Virus record (IMG/VR): IMGVR_UViG_3300032270_001767
Location: 1 to 29,764 of that record
DNA length: 29,764 nt
Origin: a virus
Lineage: Duplodnaviria; Caudoviricetes
Direction: 5' to 3' (one strand)
The translations under genes were made by a program, and so were the position numbers. The notes below the pieces were generated by a model that did no database searches, was not told the origin of the DNA, and was given only the letters and a program-made list of their open reading frames with translations. This document shows, piece after piece, positions 1-8,453 of this stretch. Positions within the stretch are counted from its first letter, which is position 1. Each line of letters opens with the position of its first letter.

Positions 1-1
1 A

Positions 2-763
2 ACTCCAATAGGCACCTTTGAGCGCGGGCCTTTTGTTGAAGGTTTAAGTCGTTTTGCCCCCAATAAATTAGGACAAAAAGCTTTAGACGCGGTAAAAGCC
101 GGAACAGGAATAAATTTAAATGTGCAATATCACTTAGGAAACGATATGGAAGGGGCGTTGGGTTTTTATTCAGGCAAGCAACCTGGAGAAGCCCCTAATG
201 TTCGTACTGTGAATTTTACAAGCCCTACACCAACGCTTGAAGTTTTGTTGCACGAGGCGGGCCATGGTGCAAGTCCTTTGCAGGATCAAAGGAATCCCAT
301 GATCCCAAAAGAATTTGATGCTTTAAAAACTCCCGCAGAAAGATTAGATTATATTTGGAACCGTGACGCACAATTGCAACAAGACCCCTGGACGCCCCCA
401 GGTAATGTTAGTTTTTCTACCGTAAAAGAAGAAACAGAAGCACAAAGATTTGCCAAAGAATATTTAAATAAAATATCTCCGACCTCTGCCAAGACATTCA
501 CAAAAGATCCGTGGTTCAAAGGATACCCGCAGATACATGGAGATAAAACAATACAGGGAGTATACAACGCAGAGCTTCCCATGACATTTCCCACACATAA
601 AAATCTGGCGGGAACCGACCTCCAATTTGTAGATGAATCCACAATAGCGACGCCAAACAACACTTACAACGCACTTAAGATGGCCCTGGATCCAAAGTTT
701 CAAAAAATTCAATCAGGTATTTTAAATCAAAGCAGGGATTATGTAAATAACATTCTTCAATAA
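2..763 (+). CDS. Putative zinc metallopeptidase-like protein (HEXXH), 5'-truncated by the window edge
   Basis: The frame is open from position 2 (TPIGTFERG...), so GTG 122 is probably not the start. LLHEAGH zincin motif plus a downstream EETEAQRFA helix that could supply a third Glu ligand. Confidence 0.6.
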   Translation, partial: TPIGTFERGPFVEGLSRFAPNKLGQKALDAVKAGTGINLNVQYHLGNDMEGALGFYSGKQPGEAPNVRTVNFTSPTPTLEVLLHEAGHGASPLQDQRNPMIPKEFDALKTPAERLDYIWNRDAQLQQDPWTPPGNVSFSTVKEETEAQRFAKEYLNKISPTSAKTFTKDPWFKGYPQIHGDKTIQGVYNAELPMTFPTHKNLAGTDLQFVDESTIATPNNTYNALKMALDPKFQKIQSGILNQSRDYVNNILQ

Positions 764-801
764 ATTTTAAAGAGTAAAATAAAAATAACGGAAAAAATTA
801 G

Positions 802-1173
802 ATGTATTACTCAGGCGAACAAAACGTACCCGGTGCAGCAGGCAATTTAAAGCCTTACGCCAATCTTGCTGGCTTACAGCTTCCCCTTCCAGGTGAATTA
901 AATCGTGGCGGAGCATTTAGACAACCAGGTTACCGCCCTGGCCGTGAAGTCGAAGAAATTCCTGGCCGCCCAATGCGTCCATCAGATTACCAGGGTCCGC
1001 CCGCCATCCCAACACAAGGCATTCCTTTTGCTTCTTTAATGAATGGCAGAACAGCAATGGGGAATGCCGGAGCAGTAGGAAATGCCGGAGCAATCGCAAT
1101 GGGTAACCAAGGTTTGTACAACGGCCCTCAATACGGACAAGAGCTCCCTGGAATCGTAAAATACGTTTACTAA
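802..1173 (+). CDS. Hypothetical Gly/Pro-rich protein (123 aa)
   Basis: ORF fills the gap between AT-rich spacers. TAAAAT at 775-780. Short internal duplication AATGCCGGAGCA at 1063 and 1081. Confidence 0.7.
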   Translation: MYYSGEQNVPGAAGNLKPYANLAGLQLPLPGELNRGGAFRQPGYRPGREVEEIPGRPMRPSDYQGPPAIPTQGIPFASLMNGRTAMGNAGAVGNAGAIAMGNQGLYNGPQYGQELPGIVKYVY

Positions 1174-1220
1174 GAACAAAAGAAAACTGCTAGGATTAAC
1201 AGTAGTAAGGGTAATAGTTA

Positions 1221-3599
1221 ATGGCTGTCGACGCTAATGCCAGATTAAAAGAAATTGTTGATTCGTATCTTGAAAAAGATGGCGGAACAATGGTTGATAC
1301 TGGCATTGTTGCTTCGCATTTGGCACAAATGAAACTTTTTGGTGTACGCCAAGGGGTTGAATTTTTTCCAGCACAAGACAACTTTGGTAACCAACGCAAA
1401 GATTTTATTGATCGTGTAGTCAAATACAATCAGATCGATACTCGCCTGGATTCCATATGGGATTACTTTCTTTGTGATGGCCAGGGATTATTTTATATTC
1501 GTCCTACCGAAAACAATTATCGCCTTTACTACTTCCGTAGGCATGAGTATCGGACTTATTACAATATTGACGGCGAGCTGGATGAAGTTGTAATCATCTA
1601 TAGCTACAAGGTCCGTCGTGGTTTTGGATATGAACAAGATGTTCAATCCAACAACATAACTGGCCCGGCCACAATGGGACAAGGTGCTAAGCGTTATATC
1701 CGCCTATCAATCAAGCAAAACGAAATTGAAGAAACCCACTCAGAAGGTGAAATGTCTTTTGAGCAACCTAATTACTCTTACGGCGGCAAAACAAAAACAT
1801 TCCGCAACACTCTCAAATTTATTCCCTGCGTTGAAATCTTTAATAATCCCAAGGGTTTTGCAACCGAAGGCATAGGTGAATTCGCTGCTGTTGCCAACCA
1901 CATTTGTACGCATGACCAAATGGTCCGTACCATGCGTAAGAACGTTCAGTTCTTTGGCAACCCAACTCTTCTCTCATCTCGTCCCAAGACAGACCTTATG
2001 GAGTCTGGTGGAGACAGTGTTGTCCAACGTCCTTCTATTGCCGCAAACTCAGGCTTCACTGGTCTTGGTCCCTTAAGCCAATCACGTTTCAAGGCTGATC
2101 CAATTAGTCGTGGTGTAGATGGTGAGATCAGGGTTCCGCGCGTCATTGCAAACCTGGAACCAAACGACCGAGTTGGCTACATCGTTCCAGATGCAATTAC
2201 TGGAGATCAAAATTCATTTGCTCGTCAATATAGGGAAGAAATTCGGACTGCCCTTGGTGGTGTAGATGAACTATCTATTTCCGCTGGCGTAACAGCAACT
2301 GAATACAAGTCATTATTTGGACGCGTTTCTGCAACTTCAAAGAAAAAAGCTACTTCAATTTATACTTACGGGATTTGTCGTTGCCTAGAACTTATTATTT
2401 TCCAGGAAGAACGCTTGTTCCGTGAGACGTTAGCGGCGGCAGCAGGAGTAGAGAAACCCGTGGAGCCTGATGAGAATGCTTCTCAAGAACAGGTTGATAT
2501 GTATGAAGAAGCAATGACTGGGTTTGAGGAGCAAGTCAAACGTCTAATGATGGCATGCCTCAAGACACAACAAATGCCGCCAGGTGTTTTGGGACTCATC
2601 CCTGATGGTGATGTAACGATGCAATGGCGTTGGCTTGGCCCTGTTTATGAAGACTCAACGCAAGACACACTAAACAACTCTATCGTGGTGAGGAACCTAC
2701 AAGAGTTAGGTGTTGATAGCATTGAAGCACTGAAATACCTATTCCCATCTAAAACAGATGAGGAAAGGGCCGGGATGCTCTCAGGCTTCCCGTTCAGGAT
2801 GGTGGGTGAATTGCAGAATGCTTATTCTCAATTCTCTCGCCTAGTGGGGGGCATGATGCAGACTCCTCACCCGCAATCACCGGATTTACCGATGGCTGCG
2901 GATCCGCGATTGGATTTAACTCCATATCTGTATCGAACCTTAGAAGCTTTACAAAAGGAGATGAGTTATGCAGGACGCTACCGTCCAATCGATCCCACAG
3001 ATGAGCCAAGCACCAGCCGTCGCCCCGAGCAGCTACGTGGTGGCAGCACCGCAAGCGGCCCCGGTCAGCTACCAGGTGGCGCCCCAGGCTTATCAAGTGG
3101 GTACCAGCTACCCCCAAGCAGTGCCCCAAGCGGCCCCCAGCTACCAATCAGCCCCTACTCAGTACGCCCCCCAATACCAACAGGCGGCGGAATCGGCGGG
3201 GAATCCCTGGGAGTCGGCGTTCAACAAGGTGGTGAGCGTACTGAGCGCTCCAGTTCAATCCCCGTTCCAGGGTCAACCATCAGCTCCGACGACAGCGTAT
3301 ACCCCGGCCAACTACGGGTACAACAGCCCCCAAGCTACGCAACAATCGGTAGCGCCGACCTCGTATCTCAACCAGGGATACTCGCCCAACTCTTCCCCAA
3401 CCTACTTGACGGGATCCTCGGCGGCGCAGGCGCACGCGGAAGTGGACAGCGCGGTAGCGGATTACTACAACCTAAGCGACCAAACTCGTCAGGTCCTGGG
3501 CGCGTTCGGGATGGAAGCTCCGGGAATTCTGAACCAGTACGCCCTCAACCTGGAAGGAATGCTGGACAGCGCGGTCGCATGGGGAAACAAAGCCGCTAA
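1221..3599 (+). CDS. Portal protein (SPP1 gp6-like) with a ~210-aa overprinted C-terminal extension
   Basis: IPCVEIFNN...GIGEF...HDQMVRTMRKNVQFFGNPTL resembles the SPP1-type portal stem/clip region. It lies upstream of the scaffold-like and capsid genes. Confidence 0.75.
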   Translation: MAVDANARLKEIVDSYLEKDGGTMVDTGIVASHLAQMKLFGVRQGVEFFPAQDNFGNQRKDFIDRVVKYNQIDTRLDSIWDYFLCDGQGLFYIRPTENNYRLYYFRRHEYRTYYNIDGELDEVVIIYSYKVRRGFGYEQDVQSNNITGPATMGQGAKRYIRLSIKQNEIEETHSEGEMSFEQPNYSYGGKTKTFRNTLKFIPCVEIFNNPKGFATEGIGEFAAVANHICTHDQMVRTMRKNVQFFGNPTLLSSRPKTDLMESGGDSVVQRPSIAANSGFTGLGPLSQSRFKADPISRGVDGEIRVPRVIANLEPNDRVGYIVPDAITGDQNSFARQYREEIRTALGGVDELSISAGVTATEYKSLFGRVSATSKKKATSIYTYGICRCLELIIFQEERLFRETLAAAAGVEKPVEPDENASQEQVDMYEEAMTGFEEQVKRLMMACLKTQQMPPGVLGLIPDGDVTMQWRWLGPVYEDSTQDTLNNSIVVRNLQELGVDSIEALKYLFPSKTDEERAGMLSGFPFRMVGELQNAYSQFSRLVGGMMQTPHPQSPDLPMAADPRLDLTPYLYRTLEALQKEMSYAGRYRPIDPTDEPSTSRRPEQLRGGSTASGPGQLPGGAPGLSSGYQLPPSSAPSGPQLPISPYSVRPPIPTGGGIGGESLGVGVQQGGERTERSSSIPVPGSTISSDDSVYPGQLRVQQPPSYATIGSADLVSQPGILAQLFPNLLDGILGGAGARGSGQRGSGLLQPKRPNSSGPGRVRDGSSGNSEPVRPQPGRNAGQRGRMGKQSR

Positions 3600-3960
3600 T
3601 GTGATTGGTGGTTATGCCAACTTCGCCGTTAATGAGCACCAGGAGAACCTGGCTTATAACGAGATTCTGACCAACCCCGATGTGCTTAGCGACTACACGC
3701 TGAAGTTCTTTGGTCCCGAAGGTCCGTACCCCGTGTACGAAAACGAGCAACAGCTTGAGACGCAAGGTTATCCCACTGCAGCGATCAATCCGCAGTACGG
3801 TAACTTCCCTGCTCCTCCTTCTGCCGCAGCTCTTCAGGCCCCTCAGAATTTCTGGGGCGGTTTCAGTGAGACCATGGCGCGTGATCCCCAGAATGCCTGG
3901 CGCATGCTGAACCACGCACAACCCAACACTGTTGCAAACAAACTGTTTGTAATGGAGTGA
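2968..3960 (+). CDS. Putative capsid scaffolding/assembly protein (Q/A/P/Y-rich)
   Basis: AAGGAG Shine-Dalgarno at 2955-2960, 7 nt before ATG 2968. Low-complexity N-terminus with a helical core. Located between portal and capsid. Function inferred from synteny. Confidence 0.65.
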   Translation: MQDATVQSIPQMSQAPAVAPSSYVVAAPQAAPVSYQVAPQAYQVGTSYPQAVPQAAPSYQSAPTQYAPQYQQAAESAGNPWESAFNKVVSVLSAPVQSPFQGQPSAPTTAYTPANYGYNSPQATQQSVAPTSYLNQGYSPNSSPTYLTGSSAAQAHAEVDSAVADYYNLSDQTRQVLGAFGMEAPGILNQYALNLEGMLDSAVAWGNKAANVIGGYANFAVNEHQENLAYNEILTNPDVLSDYTLKFFGPEGPYPVYENEQQLETQGYPTAAINPQYGNFPAPPSAAALQAPQNFWGGFSETMARDPQNAWRMLNHAQPNTVANKLFVME

Positions 3961-3964
3961 CGCC

Positions 3965-4519
3965 ATGAGAACTCCTCTTGGTAGCACACGACCTTTACTT
4001 GCGTACGGGCTTCCCGCTGCCGCCGGTTTGGCGGTTGGTGGAGCCCTTGCTGGACAAGGAGAAGATAGTGGTACTGCCGCTTTAGGTGGTATGGCCGCTG
4101 CTTTAGGTGCCAGGGGTGGCCTTGGTGCTGCTCGCCTTGCCGGACGTTATGCCCCGGTTGTTGGCGAGATTATGCAAAAGGGTATTACGCCAGTTGGTAA
4201 AGCTGTGCGTGAAGGAATAGGATCCGTACCCCAAGGCGGCATCCGCGATAGAGCCCTTAGAGGTATGCGTGGCGGCCTTGTAAATGCATATCGTTCTGCC
4301 GGTAATATTCCTGCTTCTGCTGTTCAAAAGGCAGCCGCAGGTTTAGCTGTTCCCGGTGCCGCTGCTCTTGCGGGCTTAGGTGGCGTTGCAGCTGGTATGG
4401 TCCCTGGAGCACTTGGAGTCCCTGGTTTCCAACAACAATCTGTTGTGGATCCCGAATCTTACGGCTCCAGTAATTCATATGGAGCTGTTTATAAACAAAC
4501 GACTCCTCAGTACTACTGA
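3965..4519 (+). CDS. Gly/Ala-rich hydrophobic protein, probably virion-associated
   Basis: Starts 4 nt after the upstream stop with GGAG upstream. Three GxxxG-rich hydrophobic stretches. Confidence 0.7.
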   Translation: MRTPLGSTRPLLAYGLPAAAGLAVGGALAGQGEDSGTAALGGMAAALGARGGLGAARLAGRYAPVVGEIMQKGITPVGKAVREGIGSVPQGGIRDRALRGMRGGLVNAYRSAGNIPASAVQKAAAGLAVPGAAALAGLGGVAAGMVPGALGVPGFQQQSVVDPESYGSSNSYGAVYKQTTPQYY

Positions 4520-4550
4520 TAAAAATTACGGCCTGTTAAAATTTGTAGTA

Positions 4551-4575
4551 GATAAGACATGCTAATGTCTGCATC
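4551..4575 (+). promoter_or_regulatory. 5' leader hairpin of the capsid transcript
   Basis: AGACAT-GCTA-ATGTCT perfect stem (4555-4570), extendable by GAT/ATC, just downstream of TAAAAT at 4537-4542. Confidence 0.45.
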
Positions 4576-4619
4576 TTTCACCCGATAAAATTTCCTGCGA
4601 TTCTGGAGGATAGCACAAA

Positions 4620-5786
4620 GTGTTTATTGATAACGATTTTCCGAAAATCCTAGGGGCCGAACTCTATCGTCCCCACCCTGCTTACATTGCCGAGATGGCG
4701 GTTGAGCCCGTGGTTGTCCACGACTTCACCCGTCAGCCCGGTCAAACCGTACAGCTGGACCGCTACAAGTTTTGGGGTACTCCTGGTACCAAGGACAGCC
4801 GCGAGCGTATCTCCGACCAGACTATTGGTACTGCCAATAGCCGTAACATCACCAAGGAGAAAGTCCTGGTGGTGCTTAAAGAATACACCGGTCCTGCGGA
4901 CCCCGGCGATCCGACCCAGCCTTCGACCTTCAAGATTGCCCGCGAAACCCTGATCACTGCTCAGCGTCTGCTGCTTGATAGTGGCAACCTGAACATGTTC
5001 CACCAGTCCATCGGTAGTCTGACGCTGCTTGATGACTATCGCCGGTGGCGTGACCGCGTCTTCATTGACGAGCTTGCCAAAGCCGAAGCCAATGGTGCCG
5101 CTTCAACCACTCAAGGCGGTTACTATTTTGCTGGTGCCAAGACCAAGAATGCTTCTGGTCAAATCACCTATACCTCTACTGAGTACACCGCTGACCTTCA
5201 GCAGTTCTCTGTTCGCACCGACCTTCTGACCGTTGTCAAGGACCTGCGTAAGCGTAACGTGCCGACCTACTCCGATGGTCTGTATCGTTGCCTTTGCGAT
5301 CCTACGTTCATGATGCACCTGCGTCGTGACCCCGACTTCCGTGAGATCGCTCGTTACTCTGGTAATCCTGGTCAAGGCATGTACATGGGTAACCCCATGC
5401 TGCCTAACAACGCCAGCTTCTTCCAGGGTCCTCAAGCTGGTCAAGGCTACTTCCTGGCCGGTGAACCCGTCATGCCTACCGGCGTGCAGTTCGAAGGTGT
5501 TAAATTCTTCGAATCAACCAACTTCCCGACCAAAACCGTCACCACTTCCTTTGCTGGTACTGGCGGCACCTACTCTGCCCAAGAAGTTGCTCAAGGTTAC
5601 TTCTTTGGTCCCCAGGCAGTTGGCGTTGGTATCGGCGGCCCGAACGCTCAGGTCCTCATCAACAACAACGATGACTTCAGCCGTTTCATCATCTTGATCT
5701 GGCAACTGTACGCTGGTTTTGATATCCTTAACAAGGACTTTGTTACCACCGCTTACAGCTATGTCTCTGATGATGGCACCATCTGA
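4620..5786 (+). CDS. Major capsid protein (HK97 fold expected)
   Basis: 388 aa with GGAGGA SD before the GTG. Strong C/T-ending codon bias of a highly expressed gene. QPGQTVQL, LRKRNVP...YRCLCDP, G-VQFEGVKFFES and DDFSR...W motifs fit capsid proteins. Synteny with portal and scaffold. Confidence 0.85.
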   Translation: MFIDNDFPKILGAELYRPHPAYIAEMAVEPVVVHDFTRQPGQTVQLDRYKFWGTPGTKDSRERISDQTIGTANSRNITKEKVLVVLKEYTGPADPGDPTQPSTFKIARETLITAQRLLLDSGNLNMFHQSIGSLTLLDDYRRWRDRVFIDELAKAEANGAASTTQGGYYFAGAKTKNASGQITYTSTEYTADLQQFSVRTDLLTVVKDLRKRNVPTYSDGLYRCLCDPTFMMHLRRDPDFREIARYSGNPGQGMYMGNPMLPNNASFFQGPQAGQGYFLAGEPVMPTGVQFEGVKFFESTNFPTKTVTTSFAGTGGTYSAQEVAQGYFFGPQAVGVGIGGPNAQVLINNNDDFSRFIILIWQLYAGFDILNKDFVTTAYSYVSDDGTI

Positions 5787-5821
5787 TCTTAACCAATACA
5801 CAAACCAATAAGGAAACATAA

Positions 5822-6619
5822 ATGACTTATTTATCCGCTAAAAAAATCTACCCCGGCAACTGGAGCAATGCTCTTAACGGCTGGTACAAGAACATCGACG
5901 TAACTGCCGATAACACTAACGATTACTCCAAGGGTGGCCCCACTTCGGTGTTGGCTATCCCCGGCTATCGTTACTTCCAACAACGTGGTTACGTTGCAGT
6001 TACCCAAACCTCTGGCGCCCCCCTGGTGACCGGTACGGTGATTGTTCCTTCTCCCTACCGCCAAGATGACACCCGCCCCGACATCACGGGCATGGTGATC
6101 TCTGGTAGCACCACTCTTCCCGCCTACGTTTATCGTGCTGCCATTTCGGTGGCTTCTGGCTGGGGTGATGGCCGCGTTTCTTCAGGTGTGTTTGCCGCTA
6201 CCGGTAACGTGATCTCCTTTGGCCGCGACTCCAGTGGTCCTACCGCTGCTTCCGGTATTGGTGAAGGCGCCATCCAGGCCAACATCACCTCCACGGTTTC
6301 TGGCGACGCTTCTGCCAAGATCTTCTTCTCTGGCACCAGCGCTGGCTATAGCACAAACCCCTTCCTCACCGCTACTGGTGCTGCTGGTGTTTCTGGCTCT
6401 ACCCTTTACACCTCCATTGCCGCCGCTACTACCCTGAAGGTGTTTGCCAAGGGTGCCGCAAATGACGCCAGCACTTCTGGTGGTATCTACATCTCGGATG
6501 CAGATTCCGCCGCTGGTCTCGTCGGCTACCTCGTCGTAGAGGTTTGCTACATCCAACCCGATGTTGCCCCTGGTTACGACGACATTGAAGGCTACCTCCT
6601 TGGTCGCACTGTCAGCTGA
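5822..6619 (+). CDS. Abundant structural protein (capsid decoration/minor capsid candidate)
   Basis: Directly follows the capsid gene, AAGGA SD, same codon bias, beta-rich S/T/G/A composition. Confidence 0.65.
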   Translation: MTYLSAKKIYPGNWSNALNGWYKNIDVTADNTNDYSKGGPTSVLAIPGYRYFQQRGYVAVTQTSGAPLVTGTVIVPSPYRQDDTRPDITGMVISGSTTLPAYVYRAAISVASGWGDGRVSSGVFAATGNVISFGRDSSGPTAASGIGEGAIQANITSTVSGDASAKIFFSGTSAGYSTNPFLTATGAAGVSGSTLYTSIAAATTLKVFAKGAANDASTSGGIYISDADSAAGLVGYLVVEVCYIQPDVAPGYDDIEGYLLGRTVS

Positions 6620-6631
6620 TTAAGTTAAACT

Positions 6632-6654
6632 AGGACCAGACATCCTCTGGTCCT
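6632..6654 (+). promoter_or_regulatory. 9-bp hairpin abutting ATG 6656 (translation-occluding or attenuating)
   Basis: AGGACCAGA-CATCC-TCTGGTCCT, immediately after the -10-like TAAACT at 6626-6631. Confidence 0.55.
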
Positions 6655-6655
6655 T

Positions 6656-7066
6656 ATGCTTTACCAGCACAAAAAAACTGGCGCACGCGTCAAAATCGTA
6701 AGCGAGTGGGATAACGGCGATTGGTTCATGGTCGAAGATCAAGACGGTCGCCTTTACACTGCATACAAAACTGAGTTAGCTCCCGACCAGGAAGCAACTA
6801 AAAAAGTACAAACACTTCAAGTAAAAGACAAGGCTGCCAAGGAAGAGCCTCGGTCGTTCCCCCCAGATCAACGACTTAATGTCAACTCTGCTACTGCGCA
6901 GATGCTTGCAGATCACATCAAAGGCATTGGCCTTAAAACTGCTCGTGAGATCAAGGATCTTCAGATGTCTTTATCGGGTGAAAGATTTCACTCTCTTGAG
7001 CAGTTAAAACAAATTAAACGAGTAGATTGGGAAGCAGTCCTGGCTGCAGATCTGGTACGAGTTTAA
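6656..7066 (+). CDS. Helix-hairpin-helix (ComEA-like) DNA-binding protein with a small N-terminal beta domain
   Basis: LNVNSATAQML...IKGIGLKTAREI...RFHSLEQLKQI is the ComEA/HHH_3 pattern. Confidence 0.8.
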   Translation: MLYQHKKTGARVKIVSEWDNGDWFMVEDQDGRLYTAYKTELAPDQEATKKVQTLQVKDKAAKEEPRSFPPDQRLNVNSATAQMLADHIKGIGLKTAREIKDLQMSLSGERFHSLEQLKQIKRVDWEAVLAADLVRV

Positions 7067-7086
7067 CCCTCATCTCCTAAAATAAT

Positions 7087-7111
7087 GCCCCTGGGAAGCC
7101 GGGGGTTTTTT
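7087..7111 (+). terminator. Rho-independent terminator ending the capsid operon
   Basis: GCCCCTGG-GAAG-CCGGGGGT stem followed by a T run. Confidence 0.85.
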
Positions 7112-7138
7112 CGTTTTAAAATAAAGAATAAAAGAATA

Positions 7139-7948
7139 ATGGGTTACATACCTATCAGATCTGGCTTCACTGGACCCAGTGCCAAAATTGGGGGTTCAAC
7201 GGAGTACCACCAGGATCTTAAACTATTGCAGTCTTTACCGGTATCCGAAAGGGTAAAGATGCTGGACGCAATTGCAAAACAAAATCAATCTATTGGAAGG
7301 GAAATTGAATTCTCAAATCCTGCGGTTTCAGGCAGGCGTTGGAATGTGAATGCAAATTTAGCGGATAAAGTTGATTTACTTGAGAGAGCTGCTACCGCTC
7401 ATGGGCATAGCAAAAATGCAGGTTGGCAATCACTTGATTACTATACGCCATTTAAAGGTAAAACTAGATTTGACAAAGGTGCTGTAGAGGACGCATCCAT
7501 TTATTTGCCTGCTGTCCCTGGAGGGAGAGTAACAAGAGGTTCTGGTGGAGGCTATGGATATTTTTCTGAATCAGTGGATCCAGGAGGACGTGTTATTGCA
7601 AGAGTCGGGCACGGTAATATAGATCGCCCAGAATCAGGTAATGTCAGCTTGCCGAGTTTCTTTTCTTCTGTTGCTCCTCCCGCACCAATACTTCCTGGTT
7701 CGGCAACCTCCACAACGCAAGCAACAACTGATACACGTACCAAGGATATCTTGGAAGCTTTTCTGTACGGCGTTGGAGCACAGAAACCTAAAACACCTGA
7801 ACCTTCGCTTGCCAATAAACTAGTAACCGGACTCATGCAGAGTGCCTTGGCACCACAATCAAGTTTTCTTTCTAAGTACATTAAACAGGAACCGTACATC
7901 CAAGGGCAAGAGGCCTCAACCAATGACTACTTGTATGGTCTTCTTTAG
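7139..7948 (+). CDS. Putative M23-like peptidoglycan peptidase, virion-associated
   Basis: The track start at 7085 lies in the terminator, so ATG 7139 is preferred. Motifs TGPSAKIGGSTEYHQD, HSKNAGWQSLD and PGGRV...GGGYGY...RVGHG recall M23 elements. P/A/T linker and helical tail follow. Confidence 0.45.
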   Translation: MGYIPIRSGFTGPSAKIGGSTEYHQDLKLLQSLPVSERVKMLDAIAKQNQSIGREIEFSNPAVSGRRWNVNANLADKVDLLERAATAHGHSKNAGWQSLDYYTPFKGKTRFDKGAVEDASIYLPAVPGGRVTRGSGGGYGYFSESVDPGGRVIARVGHGNIDRPESGNVSLPSFFSSVAPPAPILPGSATSTTQATTDTRTKDILEAFLYGVGAQKPKTPEPSLANKLVTGLMQSALAPQSSFLSKYIKQEPYIQGQEASTNDYLYGLL

Positions 7949-7991
7949 TTGATTACTGCGCTTTATAATAAATGGATAGCAAAAGGTAGAA

Positions 7992-8453
7992 GTGAATTTA
8001 TCTGACTTCGACAAAAGTAGGGTCAGGTACCACCTAGGGTACTTCACTGTTTCAGTGCCAGCCGGTGACTACGCCAGGCTAGAAGAAGCAATGAATACCG
8101 TCCCAGATTCTTATTTTTACGACAAAATTATTATTCAGATTGGTCGTTGCGATACGGCAGAAAAGAAAACAGAAGTCGCCACCGCACCATCAACACGCCT
8201 GGAAAGCATCGCTGGTGACGTTGATCGTACCATTAGATCAAGCAATGCCAAGGAAGCATTAAAAGTTTGGGACGAAATTTATCTATACGAAACCAATAGG
8301 CTTGCTGGTATCTTGTACGTACCTAACTACAAAGATCCATTCCAAGCTCGTTACCGTTACGAACGTTCTGGCGCAGAATTTATTCAGGCGTTACCAGGAC
8401 CAGCAGATACTGCAGTTGGATCACGTCTTTACTTAAGGGAGATTTGTAGATAA
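7992..8453 (+). CDS. Putative head-tail adaptor/connector protein
   Basis: 153 aa, helical, D..RVRYHLG N-terminus as in adaptor proteins. TATAAT at 7964-7969. TAATG coupling to the next gene. Confidence 0.5.
   Translation: MNLSDFDKSRVRYHLGYFTVSVPAGDYARLEEAMNTVPDSYFYDKIIIQIGRCDTAEKKTEVATAPSTRLESIAGDVDRTIRSSNAKEALKVWDEIYLYETNRLAGILYVPNYKDPFQARYRYERSGAEFIQALPGPADTAVGSRLYLREICR

Noticed and set aside
5784-5822. Possible capsid read-through or frameshift fusion to the next gene
   Set aside because: TGA is followed by TCT TAA in frame, the next gene is in another frame with its own SD, and no slippery site is evident.
3472-6556. Several long antisense ORFs over the scaffold, capsid and following gene
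   Set aside because: Expected by-product of strong codon bias on the sense strand; no SD or recognisable motifs.
7085-7138. N-terminal extension of the 287-aa ORF in the track
   Set aside because: It runs through the terminator and AT-rich spacer; ATG 7139 fits better.
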